The position numbers were made by a program, and so were the translations under genes. From Thermoanaerobaculia bacterium (GTDB lineage: Bacteria > Acidobacteriota > Thermoanaerobaculia > Multivoradales > UBA5704): 31,471 nt of DNA. The stretch covers positions 1 through 31,471 of the forward strand of contig JBGAGQ010000071.1 of assembly GCA_044226625.1 (NCBI GenBank). The letters run 5' to 3'. The notes under the pieces are model-generated. The model worked only from the letters and a program-made list of their open reading frames with translations. It did not search any database and was not told the origin of the DNA. Below are positions 1 through 10,599 of the stretch, one piece after another (position 1 is the first letter of the stretch; every line of letters starts with the position of its first letter).

Positions 1-1
1 G

Positions 2-241
2 GCCGAGGTGATCGGGCCGTTCGACCACCGCGTCCTCAACGACATCCCGCCGTTCGACGTCCGGAACACGACGGCGGAGCTGATCGCTCAGTACGTCTGC
101 GAGGAGGTCTCGAGACGTCTGGCCGAGGGAGAAGGCGCGGTAGACCGCGACGTTCGGGTGGCTCAGGTGGACGTTTGGGAGACCGACACCTCCTGTGCGA
201 TCTACACTCCAAGCCCGAAATCTCGGAGGGCAATCGCTTAA
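2..241 (+). CDS. queD: 6-carboxy-5,6,7,8-tetrahydropterin synthase (QueD/PTPS family), 5'-truncated by window edge
   Basis: C-terminal PTPS-fold motifs 'FDHRVLND', 'NTTAELIA' and 'VWETDTSCAIY'; the frame is open to the window start. Confidence 0.85.
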   Translation, partial: AEVIGPFDHRVLNDIPPFDVRNTTAELIAQYVCEEVSRRLAEGEGAVDRDVRVAQVDVWETDTSCAIYTPSPKSRRAIA

Positions 242-332
242 AGAACTCGGCGGGCGCTTCCCCGTATCTCCCTGCGTCACATTTTTCCCAATCCCCCATC
301 GCCATTTCGTTTGAACCGAAGGAGATTCGACC

Positions 333-1550
333 GTGAGCCCCGAGCCGACCGCACCCAAAGCACGTCCCGACCTGTCCGCCTTGCGCATGGATCGCGCGGC
401 CTATGAGGCCCCACCGCGGCGCCATCTGGGCTGGGTGTTCGTCGTGCTCTTGCTCGGCGGGGCGGCCGCTTGGGCCTGGCTCGCGCCGGCACCTTTTCTC
501 CTTCCCAAGGTCGAGACGACGACCGTCCAGGTGGTGACACCGACCGAGGCTTCGACCGTTCTCACCGCCACCGGATATACCTACGCCCGAGATCGCGCCG
601 CGGTCGGCTCGAGGGTGATCGGCCGAGTGGTCGAGCTCAAGGTCGACGAGGGAGACCAGATTTCGAAGGGCGACGTGATCGCTGTGCTTGACAGCGCCGA
701 CCTGCGCGCGCAAATCGACCAGGCCAAAGCGCGCCTGACCGAGGCGGAAGCCCGCGCGGCCGACGCCGAGCGAGAGAACGGCCGGCAGCAGCGGCTTATT
801 GCGGAAGGGGTGGTGACCCAGGCGGCCGCCGATTCCGCGGCGACCGCCCTCGCGATCGCCAAAGCCCAGGTCGAAACCGCGAAGGCCATCCTCCGCGCCG
901 ACGTCGCCCAGCTCGATTACACGGTGATCCGGGCGCCGCTCTCCGGCGTGGTGATCGAACGCAACGTCGAGGTGGGCGAGATGGTCGCTCCCGGCGGCTT
1001 CACCAGCCAGCAGTCGACCGGCGCGATCGTGCGCATCGCGGGGCTCAATTCGCTCGAGGTCGAGGCCGACATCAATGAGAGCTACATCGCGCGGATCAAG
1101 CCGGGGCAACCCGCCGAGATCAAGATCGACGCCGTACCGGACCGGAAGTACACGGGCCACCTGCGCCAGATCGTGCCGACCGCGGACCGCCAAAAAGCGG
1201 TGGTCGAGGTGAAGGTCGCGATCGACGACGCGGACGAGCGGCTGGTTCCGGACATGAGCAGCACGGTCACCTTCCTCGGCGACGACGCGGCGCGACGGAT
1301 CGCGCAGGAGAAGCCTCGGATTTACGTGCCGAAGTCGGCGGTCGGCCGCTCCGGCGCGACGCCGTTCGTCTACCGGGTCAAGGATGGCATACTCGCGCGC
1401 TTCGAGATCGCGGGCGTCGACGAGGTGGTCGACGGCAAACCGTCGGACCGCTTCGAGGTCACCTCGGGACTCTCGGGCGGCGAGACCATCATCAAGAGCG
1501 GGCTGGAAGAACTGAAGGACGGCCAGAAAGTGCGCCTCGCCACGAAATAG
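333..1550 (+). CDS. Efflux periplasmic adaptor / membrane fusion protein (HlyD/MacA family)
   Basis: N-terminal TM helix, lipoyl half-motifs ([24 protein letters not shown]; [18 protein letters not shown]), coiled-coil hairpin, LEVEADINE beta-barrel; SD AAGGAG before GTG. Confidence 0.92.
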   Translation: MSPEPTAPKARPDLSALRMDRAAYEAPPRRHLGWVFVVLLLGGAAAWAWLAPAPFLLPKVETTTVQVVTPTEASTVLTATGYTYARDRAAVGSRVIGRVVELKVDEGDQISKGDVIAVLDSADLRAQIDQAKARLTEAEARAADAERENGRQQRLIAEGVVTQAAADSAATALAIAKAQVETAKAILRADVAQLDYTVIRAPLSGVVIERNVEVGEMVAPGGFTSQQSTGAIVRIAGLNSLEVEADINESYIARIKPGQPAEIKIDAVPDRKYTGHLRQIVPTADRQKAVVEVKVAIDDADERLVPDMSSTVTFLGDDAARRIAQEKPRIYVPKSAVGRSGATPFVYRVKDGILARFEIAGVDEVVDGKPSDRFEVTSGLSGGETIIKSGLEELKDGQKVRLATK

Positions 1551-1596
1551 GCTTCGTGAAGCCGGGGCGCCCTTACATTTTCGAGGAGGGGTCGAT

Positions 1597-2283
1597 ATGA
1601 CCAACGTCGTCGATCTGGAACGAGTCACCAAGAGCTATCGTCGAGACAAGTTCGACGTGGAAGTCCTGGCCGGGGTCACCTTCGAGGTGCCCGAAGGCGG
1701 TTTCGTCGCCCTGATGGGCCCCTCGGGCTCAGGCAAGAGCACGCTGCTCAACCTCCTGGCCGGGATCGATCGGCCGACTTCCGGAAGCCTCGCCGTCGCG
1801 GGCCAGGACATCGCCCGGTTGAACGAGAGCGAGCTCGCGAGCTGGCGGCATCGGCACATCGGCTTCATCTTCCAGTTCTACAACCTGATTCCGGTGCTCA
1901 CTGCATTCGAGAACGTCGAGCTGCCGCTCACCCTCACGCGGCTCTCCAAGGCCGACCGCAAGCGCAAGGTGGAGACCGCCCTCGAGGTGGTCGGCCTGGG
2001 CGACCGGATGCGGCACTTCCCGCGCCAGCTTTCGGGCGGTCAAGAGCAGCGCGTGGCGATCGCCCGCGCGATCGTCACGGATCCCGACCTGCTGCTCGCC
2101 GACGAGCCGACCGGCGACCTCGACTCCAAGAGCGCGGAAGACGTGCTCGATCTCCTGGTTCAGCTGAACCAGGACTTCGGCAAGTCGATCGTCATGGTCA
2201 CCCACGATCCGCGCGCCGCCGCGCGGGCAAAGACCGTGCTACACCTGGAAAAAGGGCGCCTGGTCGAAGAGCAGGCGGCCTAG
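1597..2283 (+). CDS. ABC transporter ATP-binding protein (MacB/LolD-like)
   Basis: Walker [21 protein letters not shown]-loop, [14 protein letters not shown] signature, [15 protein letters not shown]; SD GAGGAGG. Confidence 0.95.
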   Translation: MTNVVDLERVTKSYRRDKFDVEVLAGVTFEVPEGGFVALMGPSGSGKSTLLNLLAGIDRPTSGSLAVAGQDIARLNESELASWRHRHIGFIFQFYNLIPVLTAFENVELPLTLTRLSKADRKRKVETALEVVGLGDRMRHFPRQLSGGQEQRVAIARAIVTDPDLLLADEPTGDLDSKSAEDVLDLLVQLNQDFGKSIVMVTHDPRAAARAKTVLHLEKGRLVEEQAA

Positions 2284-2302
2284 ACGGTCCGAGGACGACG
2301 AC

Positions 2303-3457
2303 ATGGCGATCGGCTCTCTCGCACTCAAGAATCTCAAACGCAACAAGACGCGCACCGCGCTCACCTTCCTCAGCGTGGCGTTCGGCCTTCTGTTGCTCTG
2401 CCTGCTCTGGGCGTTCCTTGCGGCCATGTCGAACGCCGAAGGCGCGGACGACACCCGCGTGGTGGTCCGCAGCGCCGTCTCGCTCGCCACCCTCCTGCCC
2501 GAGGCCTACTGGCAAAAGATCGCGACCATCCCCCACGTCCAGGCGGTCACCCCCCTCAACTGGTACCAGGGTACCTATAAGGACGACCGGCCGGAGAACT
2601 TCTTCCCGCGCTTCGCGAGCGATCCCGCGACGCTGTTCAAGGTGTTCCCCGAATACCAAATGCCGGAAGACCAGAAAACGGCCTGGGCAAGTGAGCGCGG
2701 CGCGTTCATCGCAGGCAAGGCGATCGCCGACAAATACGGATGGAAGCTCGGCACCTCGATCACGATCAAGGGGGACATCTATCCGTTCGACCTCTCGAAC
2801 ATCGTCCTGCGTGGCATCTTCACCGTACCCGAGACTCCGACCCAGGAGCGCCAGATCTTCTTCCACCGCAAGTACCTGGAAGAGGCGATCGGCAACCGCG
2901 GATTGATCGGAACCTACTTTCTGCGCCTGGACAGCCCCGATTCGGTCACCTCCGTGGTGTCGACGGCCGAGAAGATGTTCGAGAACTCGGATTCCCAAGT
3001 CCGGGCCGAGACCGAGAAGGCCTTCAACCTCTCCTTCCTCGAGATGATCGGCAACATTCGCTTCCTGTTCGGCGCGATCGGCCTTGCGGTCGTGATCTCG
3101 ATCTTCCTGATCACGGCCAACACCATGGCGATGGCCGCCCGCGAGCGGACGGGCGAGATGGCCGTGCTGAAGACGCTCGGCTTCAACGGCGGCCAGGTGC
3201 TCACGCTCGTGGTTCTCGAGTCGCTGGCGGTGGGCGTCTTCGGCGCCCTGCTCGGATGCGGCCTCGCCGATCTGCTGGTCGGCGGTCTCGCCAAAGCCGC
3301 GGAGAAGGTCTTCCCGGTCTTCAGCACGATCACCATGACGCCGGGGATCTGGGCCATCGGCCTCGGAGTCGGGGTGGCGATCGGTCTGTTCTCCGGCCTG
3401 GTGCCGGCCATCGGCGCATCGCGCATGCGCATCGCGGACGCGCTCCGGAGGGTGTGA
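2303..3457 (+). CDS. ABC transporter permease (MacB/FtsX-like, type VII)
   Basis: One TM, a large periplasmic domain and three C-terminal TMs; ANTM..ERTGEMAVLKTLGF FtsX motif; 'IADALR' tail. Confidence 0.92.
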   Translation: MAIGSLALKNLKRNKTRTALTFLSVAFGLLLLCLLWAFLAAMSNAEGADDTRVVVRSAVSLATLLPEAYWQKIATIPHVQAVTPLNWYQGTYKDDRPENFFPRFASDPATLFKVFPEYQMPEDQKTAWASERGAFIAGKAIADKYGWKLGTSITIKGDIYPFDLSNIVLRGIFTVPETPTQERQIFFHRKYLEEAIGNRGLIGTYFLRLDSPDSVTSVVSTAEKMFENSDSQVRAETEKAFNLSFLEMIGNIRFLFGAIGLAVVISIFLITANTMAMAARERTGEMAVLKTLGFNGGQVLTLVVLESLAVGVFGALLGCGLADLLVGGLAKAAEKVFPVFSTITMTPGIWAIGLGVGVAIGLFSGLVPAIGASRMRIADALRRV

Positions 3458-3461
3458 GGCG

Positions 3462-4628
3462 ATGAAAATTCCGTTGAAGTACAACTTCCGCAGCCTCTTC
3501 GTCCGTCGCGCGACGACTCTGATGACGATCGGTTCGATCGCCTTCGTCGTCCTGGTCTACATCGGCGTGCTCGCCCTCGCCGGGGGCCTCAAGACGGCTT
3601 TCACGGCGAGCGGCGACGCGAGGAACGTGCTCGTGCTGCGCGACGGCGCGAAATCCGAGGTCGAGAGCTTCTTCGGCTTGGACAAGGCTCGGCTGCTTGC
3701 CGCCCTACCGGGCGTCGCGCGCAACGCCAAGGGCGAGCCGCTCGCCTCGGGCCAGACCACGGTTCTGCAAATCCTCAAGCGGGCCGACGGTAGCGAGAGC
3801 AACGTCTCGATCCGCGGCGTCGAGCCCGCGATCTTCGACATCCGGCCGCAGGTTCGATTGATCGAAGGTCGGACCTTCGAGCCGGGCCGCGCCGAGGTGA
3901 TCGTCGGCAAGAAGCTCGCGGGCCGGTTCGCCGGCTTGAACGTCGGCGATCAGATGGAATTCGGACGGGTGCAGTTCCGGGTGGTCGGTATCTTCGATTC
4001 GAACGGCGGCAGCTTCAACTCCGAGATCTGGGTGCCGATCGCCGACCTGCGCGACGCTTTTCGGCGGGGCGAGAACGTGTCGACCGTCGTCCTCCAGGCC
4101 GCTTCGGCCGAGGAAGCGGTGGCCCTGGTGGATCGGATCAAGGCGAACCAGCAGCTCAAACTGCAGCCCAAGCTCGAGATCGAGTACTTCGCCGAGCAGG
4201 CGAACCAGAACTCGCGCCAGTTCGTGATCCTAGGCAACGTTCTCGCCGTCCTGATGTCTTTCGGCGCCTGTTTCGCCGCGGCGAATACGATGTACGCCCA
4301 GGTGGCGGCGCGGGCCAAGGAGCTCGGGACGCTGCGAGCGGTCGGCTTTCGTCGGCGGACGATTCTCTCCGCGTTCCTACTCGAGGCCGCTTTGCTCGGC
4401 CTCCTCGCGGGTTGCGTCGGAGCGCTGGCCGCACTCCCACTCAATAGCATCACGGCGGGAACGATGAACGGCGTGACGTTCAGCGAGATCAGCTTCAACT
4501 TGCGGACCACGCCGACGATCCTGATGAGCGGCATCCTTCTTGCTGTCTTGACGGGCGTATTGGGTGGACTTCCGCCCGCGATCGCCGCATCGCGGCGACC
4601 TATTACCCAACTGCTTCGAGAGGTATAG
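3462..4628 (+). CDS. ABC transporter permease (MacB/FtsX-like, type VII), second subunit
   Basis: Same topology as the upstream permease; LIEGRTFEPGRAEVIVG, ANTMYAQVAARAKELGTLRAVGF. Confidence 0.92.
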   Translation: MKIPLKYNFRSLFVRRATTLMTIGSIAFVVLVYIGVLALAGGLKTAFTASGDARNVLVLRDGAKSEVESFFGLDKARLLAALPGVARNAKGEPLASGQTTVLQILKRADGSESNVSIRGVEPAIFDIRPQVRLIEGRTFEPGRAEVIVGKKLAGRFAGLNVGDQMEFGRVQFRVVGIFDSNGGSFNSEIWVPIADLRDAFRRGENVSTVVLQAASAEEAVALVDRIKANQQLKLQPKLEIEYFAEQANQNSRQFVILGNVLAVLMSFGACFAAANTMYAQVAARAKELGTLRAVGFRRRTILSAFLLEAALLGLLAGCVGALAALPLNSITAGTMNGVTFSEISFNLRTTPTILMSGILLAVLTGVLGGLPPAIAASRRPITQLLREV

Positions 4629-4637
4629 CGCCGTCGT

Positions 4638-4667
4638 TTGAGCCCAAATGACGCTCTGCGGCATAAT
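4638..4667 (+). promoter_or_regulatory. Putative sigma70-type promoter for gltA (TTGAGC-N18-CATAAT)
   Basis: -35 at 4638-4643 and -10 at 4662-4667, in the intergenic gap about 100 nt upstream of the gltA ATG. Confidence 0.5.
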
Positions 4668-4763
4668 CTGGATCTTCCGCCCCGCAGCGGATGGCTTTCA
4701 TGCTCGTAGGGGCATATCCTCATCCCGTCGTTGTGTCGTCTCGTTCGGTTAGGAGAGAGACCG

Positions 4764-6101
<1,338 letters not shown>

Positions 6102-6109
6102 GGCTTCGA

Positions 6110-6144
6110 ACCGGGGGAGGCGGCCGAACGCCGCCTTCCCCGGT
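6110..6144 (+). terminator. Strong hairpin after gltA (probable terminator or 3' protective stem)
   Basis: ACCGGGGGAGGCGGC-CGAAC-GCCGCCTTCCCCGGT, a 15-bp stem with one G-U pair; weak U tail. Confidence 0.55.
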
Positions 6145-6189
6145 GTCGTAGGCCCCCTGGGTCCGCGGCCGTCGTTCGTACCAAACGGC

Positions 6190-6218
6190 TTGAGCCGCTG
6201 CCGCACTTCCTCTAGAGT
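6190..6218 (+). promoter_or_regulatory. Putative sigma70-type promoter for the TonB-dependent receptor (TTGAGC-N17-TAGAGT)
   Basis: -35 at 6190-6195, 17-nt spacer, -10 at 6213-6218; same -35 hexamer as the gltA candidate. Confidence 0.5.
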
Positions 6219-6348
6219 GCACTTCGAATTTCCTTTGGCCTTGGTTTCCACGCGGAGGCTCTCTGCGCCTGCGCCCGCCCTCTGGGCCCAGGGCTGATTT
6301 TCTTCGCCGACCAGGCGCTGAACTCTTAAGGACAGGAGGCAGGGGATC

Positions 6349-9300
6349 ATGAAACAGAAGTTCGTCATCGCCTTTGCGCTCTTGGCTCTGCTTGCGACCG
6401 CGAGCTGGGCTCAGGGCATTCCCACCGCGAAGCTTTCCGGTCGCGTCACGAACGAGGGTCAGCCGCTCTCCGGCGTCCTCGTCACGGCCACCTCGCCGAA
6501 TCTCCAGGGGTCGCGCTCCGCGACCACCTCGGGCAACGGCGACTACCTTTTCGCCGCCCTTCCGGCCGGCGAGTACACGGTCAGCTTCGCTCTCGAAGGG
6601 CTCGAGACGGCCACCCGGTCGGTCCGCCTCGGCGCGGCGCAGGCCAGCGTCCTCGACGTCTCGATGGCGGTCGCTTCGATCGCCGAGGAGATCGTGGTCA
6701 CCGGCCAGATGGAAGTCATCTCGCAGGGCTCCGAGAGCGCGGTCACGTTCTCGAAGAACCTGGTCGACGACCTGCCGACCGGCCGCACCGTGGACGAGAT
6801 CGTCGGCCTCGCGCCCGGCGTCTCGACCACCGGCCCGGCCAAGGACGCCGGCACCGGCCAATCGAGCATCGTGATCTCCGGCGCTCCGTCCTATGAGAAC
6901 CTGTTCCTGATCAACGGCGTCGTCGCCAATGAGAACATCCGCGGCCAGGCGTTCCCGCTGTTCATCGAAGACGCGGTCCAGGAAACCACCACCTCCAGCG
7001 GCTCCATCTCGGCCGAGTACGGTCGTTTCACCGGCGGCGTGGTCAACGTGATCACGAAGTCGGGCGGTAACCAGTTCACCGGTTCCTTCCGCTCCACGCT
7101 GCGCAACCAGGACTGGATCCCAAGCGTGAGCAAGAGCGCGCGCCAGAAAGACGGCGCGAGCAACTTCGTCGAGGCCAAGCACAACGACGAGATCATCCCG
7201 ACCTACGAAGCGACGCTCGGCGGCCCGATCCTCAAGGACAAGATCTGGTTCTTTGCGGCCGGTCGTGACCTGAACCAGACCACCTCGTCGAATACCGCGG
7301 CGCCCACCTCGGTCCCGTTCGACGCGGTCGGCGACGAGCAGCGCTACGAGGGCAAGCTCACGATCTCGCCCACGGCGAAGCACACCTTCGTCGGCTCCTA
7401 CATCAAGATCGACCGCCAGGAGGAGGGCAACTTCTTCGGCACCGTCCTCGACCTTCGCAGCCTGGTGGACCGCGAGCTGCCGCAGGAGCTCAAGGCGGTG
7501 AGCTACAGCGGCGTGCTCACCGATCGTCTCTACGTCACGGCCCAGTACAACGAGCGCACGTTCCAGTTCGTCGGCTCCGGCGCTCCGACCCAGGACTTGA
7601 TCCAGGGCACGCTCCTGCTCGATCAGTCTCGGGGTAACGCGCGTTATTGGTCCCCGACCTTCTGCGGCATCTGCCGTCCGGAGGACCGGAACAACAAGAA
7701 CTACCTGGGCAAGCTCTCCTACTTCTTGTCGACCGCGGGCGCCGGCAGCCATGAGATCGTCGGCGGTTACGATTCGTTCGACGACATTCGCGCGGCGGAC
7801 AACCACCAGTCGGGCAGCGACTACCGCGTCTTCGGTACCGGGGCGATCATCCGCGGCTCGAACATCTTCCCGGTGTTCGACGGCAATACGGTCATCCAGT
7901 ACAACCCGATCTTCGAGACCACCCAAGGCACCTCGTTTAAGACCAATTCGGTCTTCGTCAACGACGCCTGGCGCTTCAGCGATCGCCTCAGCTTCAACAT
8001 CGGCTTCCGCTACGACCAGAACGACGGCAAGAACGCCCAAGGTCGCAAGGTCGCGAAGGACTCGAACTTCTCCCCCCGTGTGGCTGCGACCTGGGATCCG
8101 AAGGGCGACGGCAGCTGGATCTTCAACGCGAGCTACGGCCGTTACGTCGCGGCGATCGCCAACAGCGTCGGCGACGCCACCTCCACCGCGGGCTCCCCGG
8201 CGACCTTCCAGTGGGCGTATGGCGGCCCGAACGTCAACACCGGCAACCCGGCGAACCCGGCCGATTCGGCCGCGGCGCTCACCACGCTCTTCAACTGGTT
8301 CAACGCCAACGGCGGACCGAACGGCAACCTGCCGCTGATCGGCGTGTCGATTCCTGGCGGCAATCAGGTCATCCGCGGCTCGCTCAACTCGCCGAGCGCC
8401 GACGAGTTCTCGCTCGGCTTCTCAAAGCAGTTCGCCGGCAAGGGCATCGTCCGCGTCAACGCCATCCACCGGAAGTTCAACGACTTTTACGCCACGGTCG
8501 GCAACCTCTCGACCGGTACGATCCCCAGCCCGACCAACGGCTCGCTTCTCGACTTGCAGCTGATCAAGAACGACAACTCCGCGTTCGAGCGCACCTATGA
8601 CGCCCTGCAGACGCAGTTCCAGTGGCGGTTGACCAAGAAGTTCGACCTCGGCGGCAACTGGACGCTTTCCCGCCTCGAGGGGAATTTCGACGGCGAAAAC
8701 CGCAACAGCGGCCCGGTCACCGGCGACCTCACCTATCCCGAGTACAAGCTCGCCCGTTGGAACCGTCCCAGCGGCGATCTCTCGTCCGACCAGCGCCACA
8801 AGCTGGGCCTCTACGGCGTCTATCGCTTGCTCGACTCCGAGCGCCAGTCGCTCAACGTCAGCTTGTTCCAGAGCTACCAGACGGGCCTGCCCTACGGTGC
8901 GGTGCAGAACATCGTGATCAACAACACGATCCTGCCGAACCCGGGCTACCGGACCCCGCCGACTCGCGTCTCCTACTTCTTCACGGCGCGCGACGCGTAT
9001 CGGACCGACAACATCCTGCGCACCGACATCTCGATGAACTACAGCTTCCGCTTCGGGAAGGTCGAGGCTTTCGTCTCGCCGGAGATCACCAACCTGTTCA
9101 ACGCCGAGAACATCGACACCACGGACACCCGTGGTATCGACCAGACGGTGTTCACGGCCGCCAACACGGGAGCGACCTCCTGCAGCCAGGCGGGCCCGGG
9201 CGGCACCCCGGGTCGGTGCCAGACGTTCAACCCCTTCACCCAGACCCCGGTCGAGGGTGTCCACTGGCAGCGGGGACCGAACTTCGGTAAAGCGATCGCC

Positions 9301-9357
9301 CCGCTGGGCTTCCAGAACCGCCGCACCTTCCGCGTCTCGCTGGGCATCCGCTTCTAA
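6349..9357 (+). CDS. TonB-dependent receptor, Oar-like, with N-terminal carboxypeptidase-regulatory-like domain
   Basis: Signal peptide, LSGRVTNEGQPLSGVLVTATS (CarboxypepD_reg), EEIVVTG TonB-box-like segment, SAEYGRFTGGVVNVITKSGGN plug motif, C-terminal RVSLGIRF; SD AGGAGG. Confidence 0.92.
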   Translation: MKQKFVIAFALLALLATASWAQGIPTAKLSGRVTNEGQPLSGVLVTATSPNLQGSRSATTSGNGDYLFAALPAGEYTVSFALEGLETATRSVRLGAAQASVLDVSMAVASIAEEIVVTGQMEVISQGSESAVTFSKNLVDDLPTGRTVDEIVGLAPGVSTTGPAKDAGTGQSSIVISGAPSYENLFLINGVVANENIRGQAFPLFIEDAVQETTTSSGSISAEYGRFTGGVVNVITKSGGNQFTGSFRSTLRNQDWIPSVSKSARQKDGASNFVEAKHNDEIIPTYEATLGGPILKDKIWFFAAGRDLNQTTSSNTAAPTSVPFDAVGDEQRYEGKLTISPTAKHTFVGSYIKIDRQEEGNFFGTVLDLRSLVDRELPQELKAVSYSGVLTDRLYVTAQYNERTFQFVGSGAPTQDLIQGTLLLDQSRGNARYWSPTFCGICRPEDRNNKNYLGKLSYFLSTAGAGSHEIVGGYDSFDDIRAADNHQSGSDYRVFGTGAIIRGSNIFPVFDGNTVIQYNPIFETTQGTSFKTNSVFVNDAWRFSDRLSFNIGFRYDQNDGKNAQGRKVAKDSNFSPRVAATWDPKGDGSWIFNASYGRYVAAIANSVGDATSTAGSPATFQWAYGGPNVNTGNPANPADSAAALTTLFNWFNANGGPNGNLPLIGVSIPGGNQVIRGSLNSPSADEFSLGFSKQFAGKGIVRVNAIHRKFNDFYATVGNLSTGTIPSPTNGSLLDLQLIKNDNSAFERTYDALQTQFQWRLTKKFDLGGNWTLSRLEGNFDGENRNSGPVTGDLTYPEYKLARWNRPSGDLSSDQRHKLGLYGVYRLLDSERQSLNVSLFQSYQTGLPYGAVQNIVINNTILPNPGYRTPPTRVSYFFTARDAYRTDNILRTDISMNYSFRFGKVEAFVSPEITNLFNAENIDTTDTRGIDQTVFTAANTGATSCSQAGPGGTPGRCQTFNPFTQTPVEGVHWQRGPNFGKAIAPLGFQNRRTFRVSLGIRF

Positions 9358-9385
9358 GTCCTAGACCGAGCAGCGGGTCGTTTCC

Positions 9386-9423
9386 GGACGCCCGGGCCTC
9401 ACGGCCCGGGCGTTTTGCTTTTT
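9386..9423 (+). terminator. Rho-independent terminator
   Basis: ACGCCCGGGCC-TCAC-GGCCCGGGCGT perfect 11-bp stem followed by TTTGCTTTTT. Confidence 0.85.
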
Positions 9424-9510
9424 GCCCCCGCAAATCGGGCGCCGCTGTTGTAGGGTGCGCCTCGCACGAAGCTCCGTGCGCCGAACCTTCGTCGAGGATG
9501 TGATCTCGCC

Positions 9511-10599
9511 ATGAGCGACTCCGAATCCCAAGTTTGGGATGCCCTGAAGCGCGTCAAATTCCCCGGCATGAGCCGGGATATCGTCTCTTTCGGTTTCGTC
9601 CAAAACGTCGCGGTAGAAGCCGGACGCGCGACCGTCGACCTCCACATGGCCACCCAGAATCCCGAGGCGGCCGAGAACGTCCGATCGGACGTCGAGCGCG
9701 AGATCCGCACGCTCCCCGGAATCTTGGGGGTCGACGTCCGCTTGCATTTCCAGCGCGCGCCGAGCCGCGAGGAGTCGGCCCAGCGCGCGGTGGCCCAAGA
9801 CCCTGGGTTAATTCCTGGCGTCCGCCATGTCGTCGCGGTCGCGAGCGGCAAGGGTGGCGTCGGTAAATCTACTGTCGCGGCGAACCTTGCGGTCGCGCTC
9901 GGCCAGCTCGGCCATCGGGTCGGCCTGCTCGATGTCGACATCTATGGTCCTTCGGTCCCGATGATGTTCGGGATCGAGGAACGGCCCCGCCTCGACGGCA
10001 ATCGCATCCTGCCGTTTGAAAAGCACGGCATCCGCGTCATGTCGCTTGGATTCCTCCTCGACATCGACACTCCGGTGATCTGGCGCGGCCCCATGGTGAT
10101 GCGGGCGATCGAGCAGATGCTCGGCGACGTCGCCTGGGGCGACCTCGATCTGATGATTCTGGACATGCCGCCGGGGACCGGCGACGCCCAGCTCACCGTG
10201 ACGCAGAAGGTGCCCCTGTCGGGCGCCGTGATCGTCACCACCCCCCAGGACGTCGCGCTGATCGACGCCCGCAAGGGGCTCGCCATGTTCCGCAAGGTGA
10301 ACGTCCCGGTGCTCGGGATCGTCGAGAACATGTCGGTCTTCGTCTGTCCCCATTGCGGCGAATCGACCCATATCTTCCGCAAAGACGGCGGGAGGCGGAC
10401 CGCCGAGCTGCTCGGCATCGACCTGCTCGGCTCGATTCCGCTCGATCCGGCGATCGTGGAAGGGGGCGACGCCGGCATGCCGATCTCGATCGCGGCGCCG
10501 GAAGGACCGCACGCCCGCGCGTTCCGCGAGGTCGCCAAGGCCGTCTACGCCGAGGCGGAACGCCAGGTTGCCGCGCGGCCGAAGCTGTCGATCGTCTGA
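9511..10599 (+). CDS. mrp: Mrp/ApbC/NBP35 iron-sulfur cluster carrier ATPase with N-terminal DUF59-like domain
   Basis: Deviant Walker A SGKGGVGKST, DVDIYGPS, VIWRGPM, DMPPGTGD, ENMS..CPHC. Confidence 0.95.
   Translation: MSDSESQVWDALKRVKFPGMSRDIVSFGFVQNVAVEAGRATVDLHMATQNPEAAENVRSDVEREIRTLPGILGVDVRLHFQRAPSREESAQRAVAQDPGLIPGVRHVVAVASGKGGVGKSTVAANLAVALGQLGHRVGLLDVDIYGPSVPMMFGIEERPRLDGNRILPFEKHGIRVMSLGFLLDIDTPVIWRGPMVMRAIEQMLGDVAWGDLDLMILDMPPGTGDAQLTVTQKVPLSGAVIVTTPQDVALIDARKGLAMFRKVNVPVLGIVENMSVFVCPHCGESTHIFRKDGGRRTAELLGIDLLGSIPLDPAIVEGGDAGMPISIAAPEGPHARAFREVAKAVYAEAERQVAARPKLSIV

Noticed and set aside
272-300. GTCACA as an ECF41-like promoter upstream of the exporter
   Set aside because: The expected CGTC at N16 is absent, so the match is too weak.
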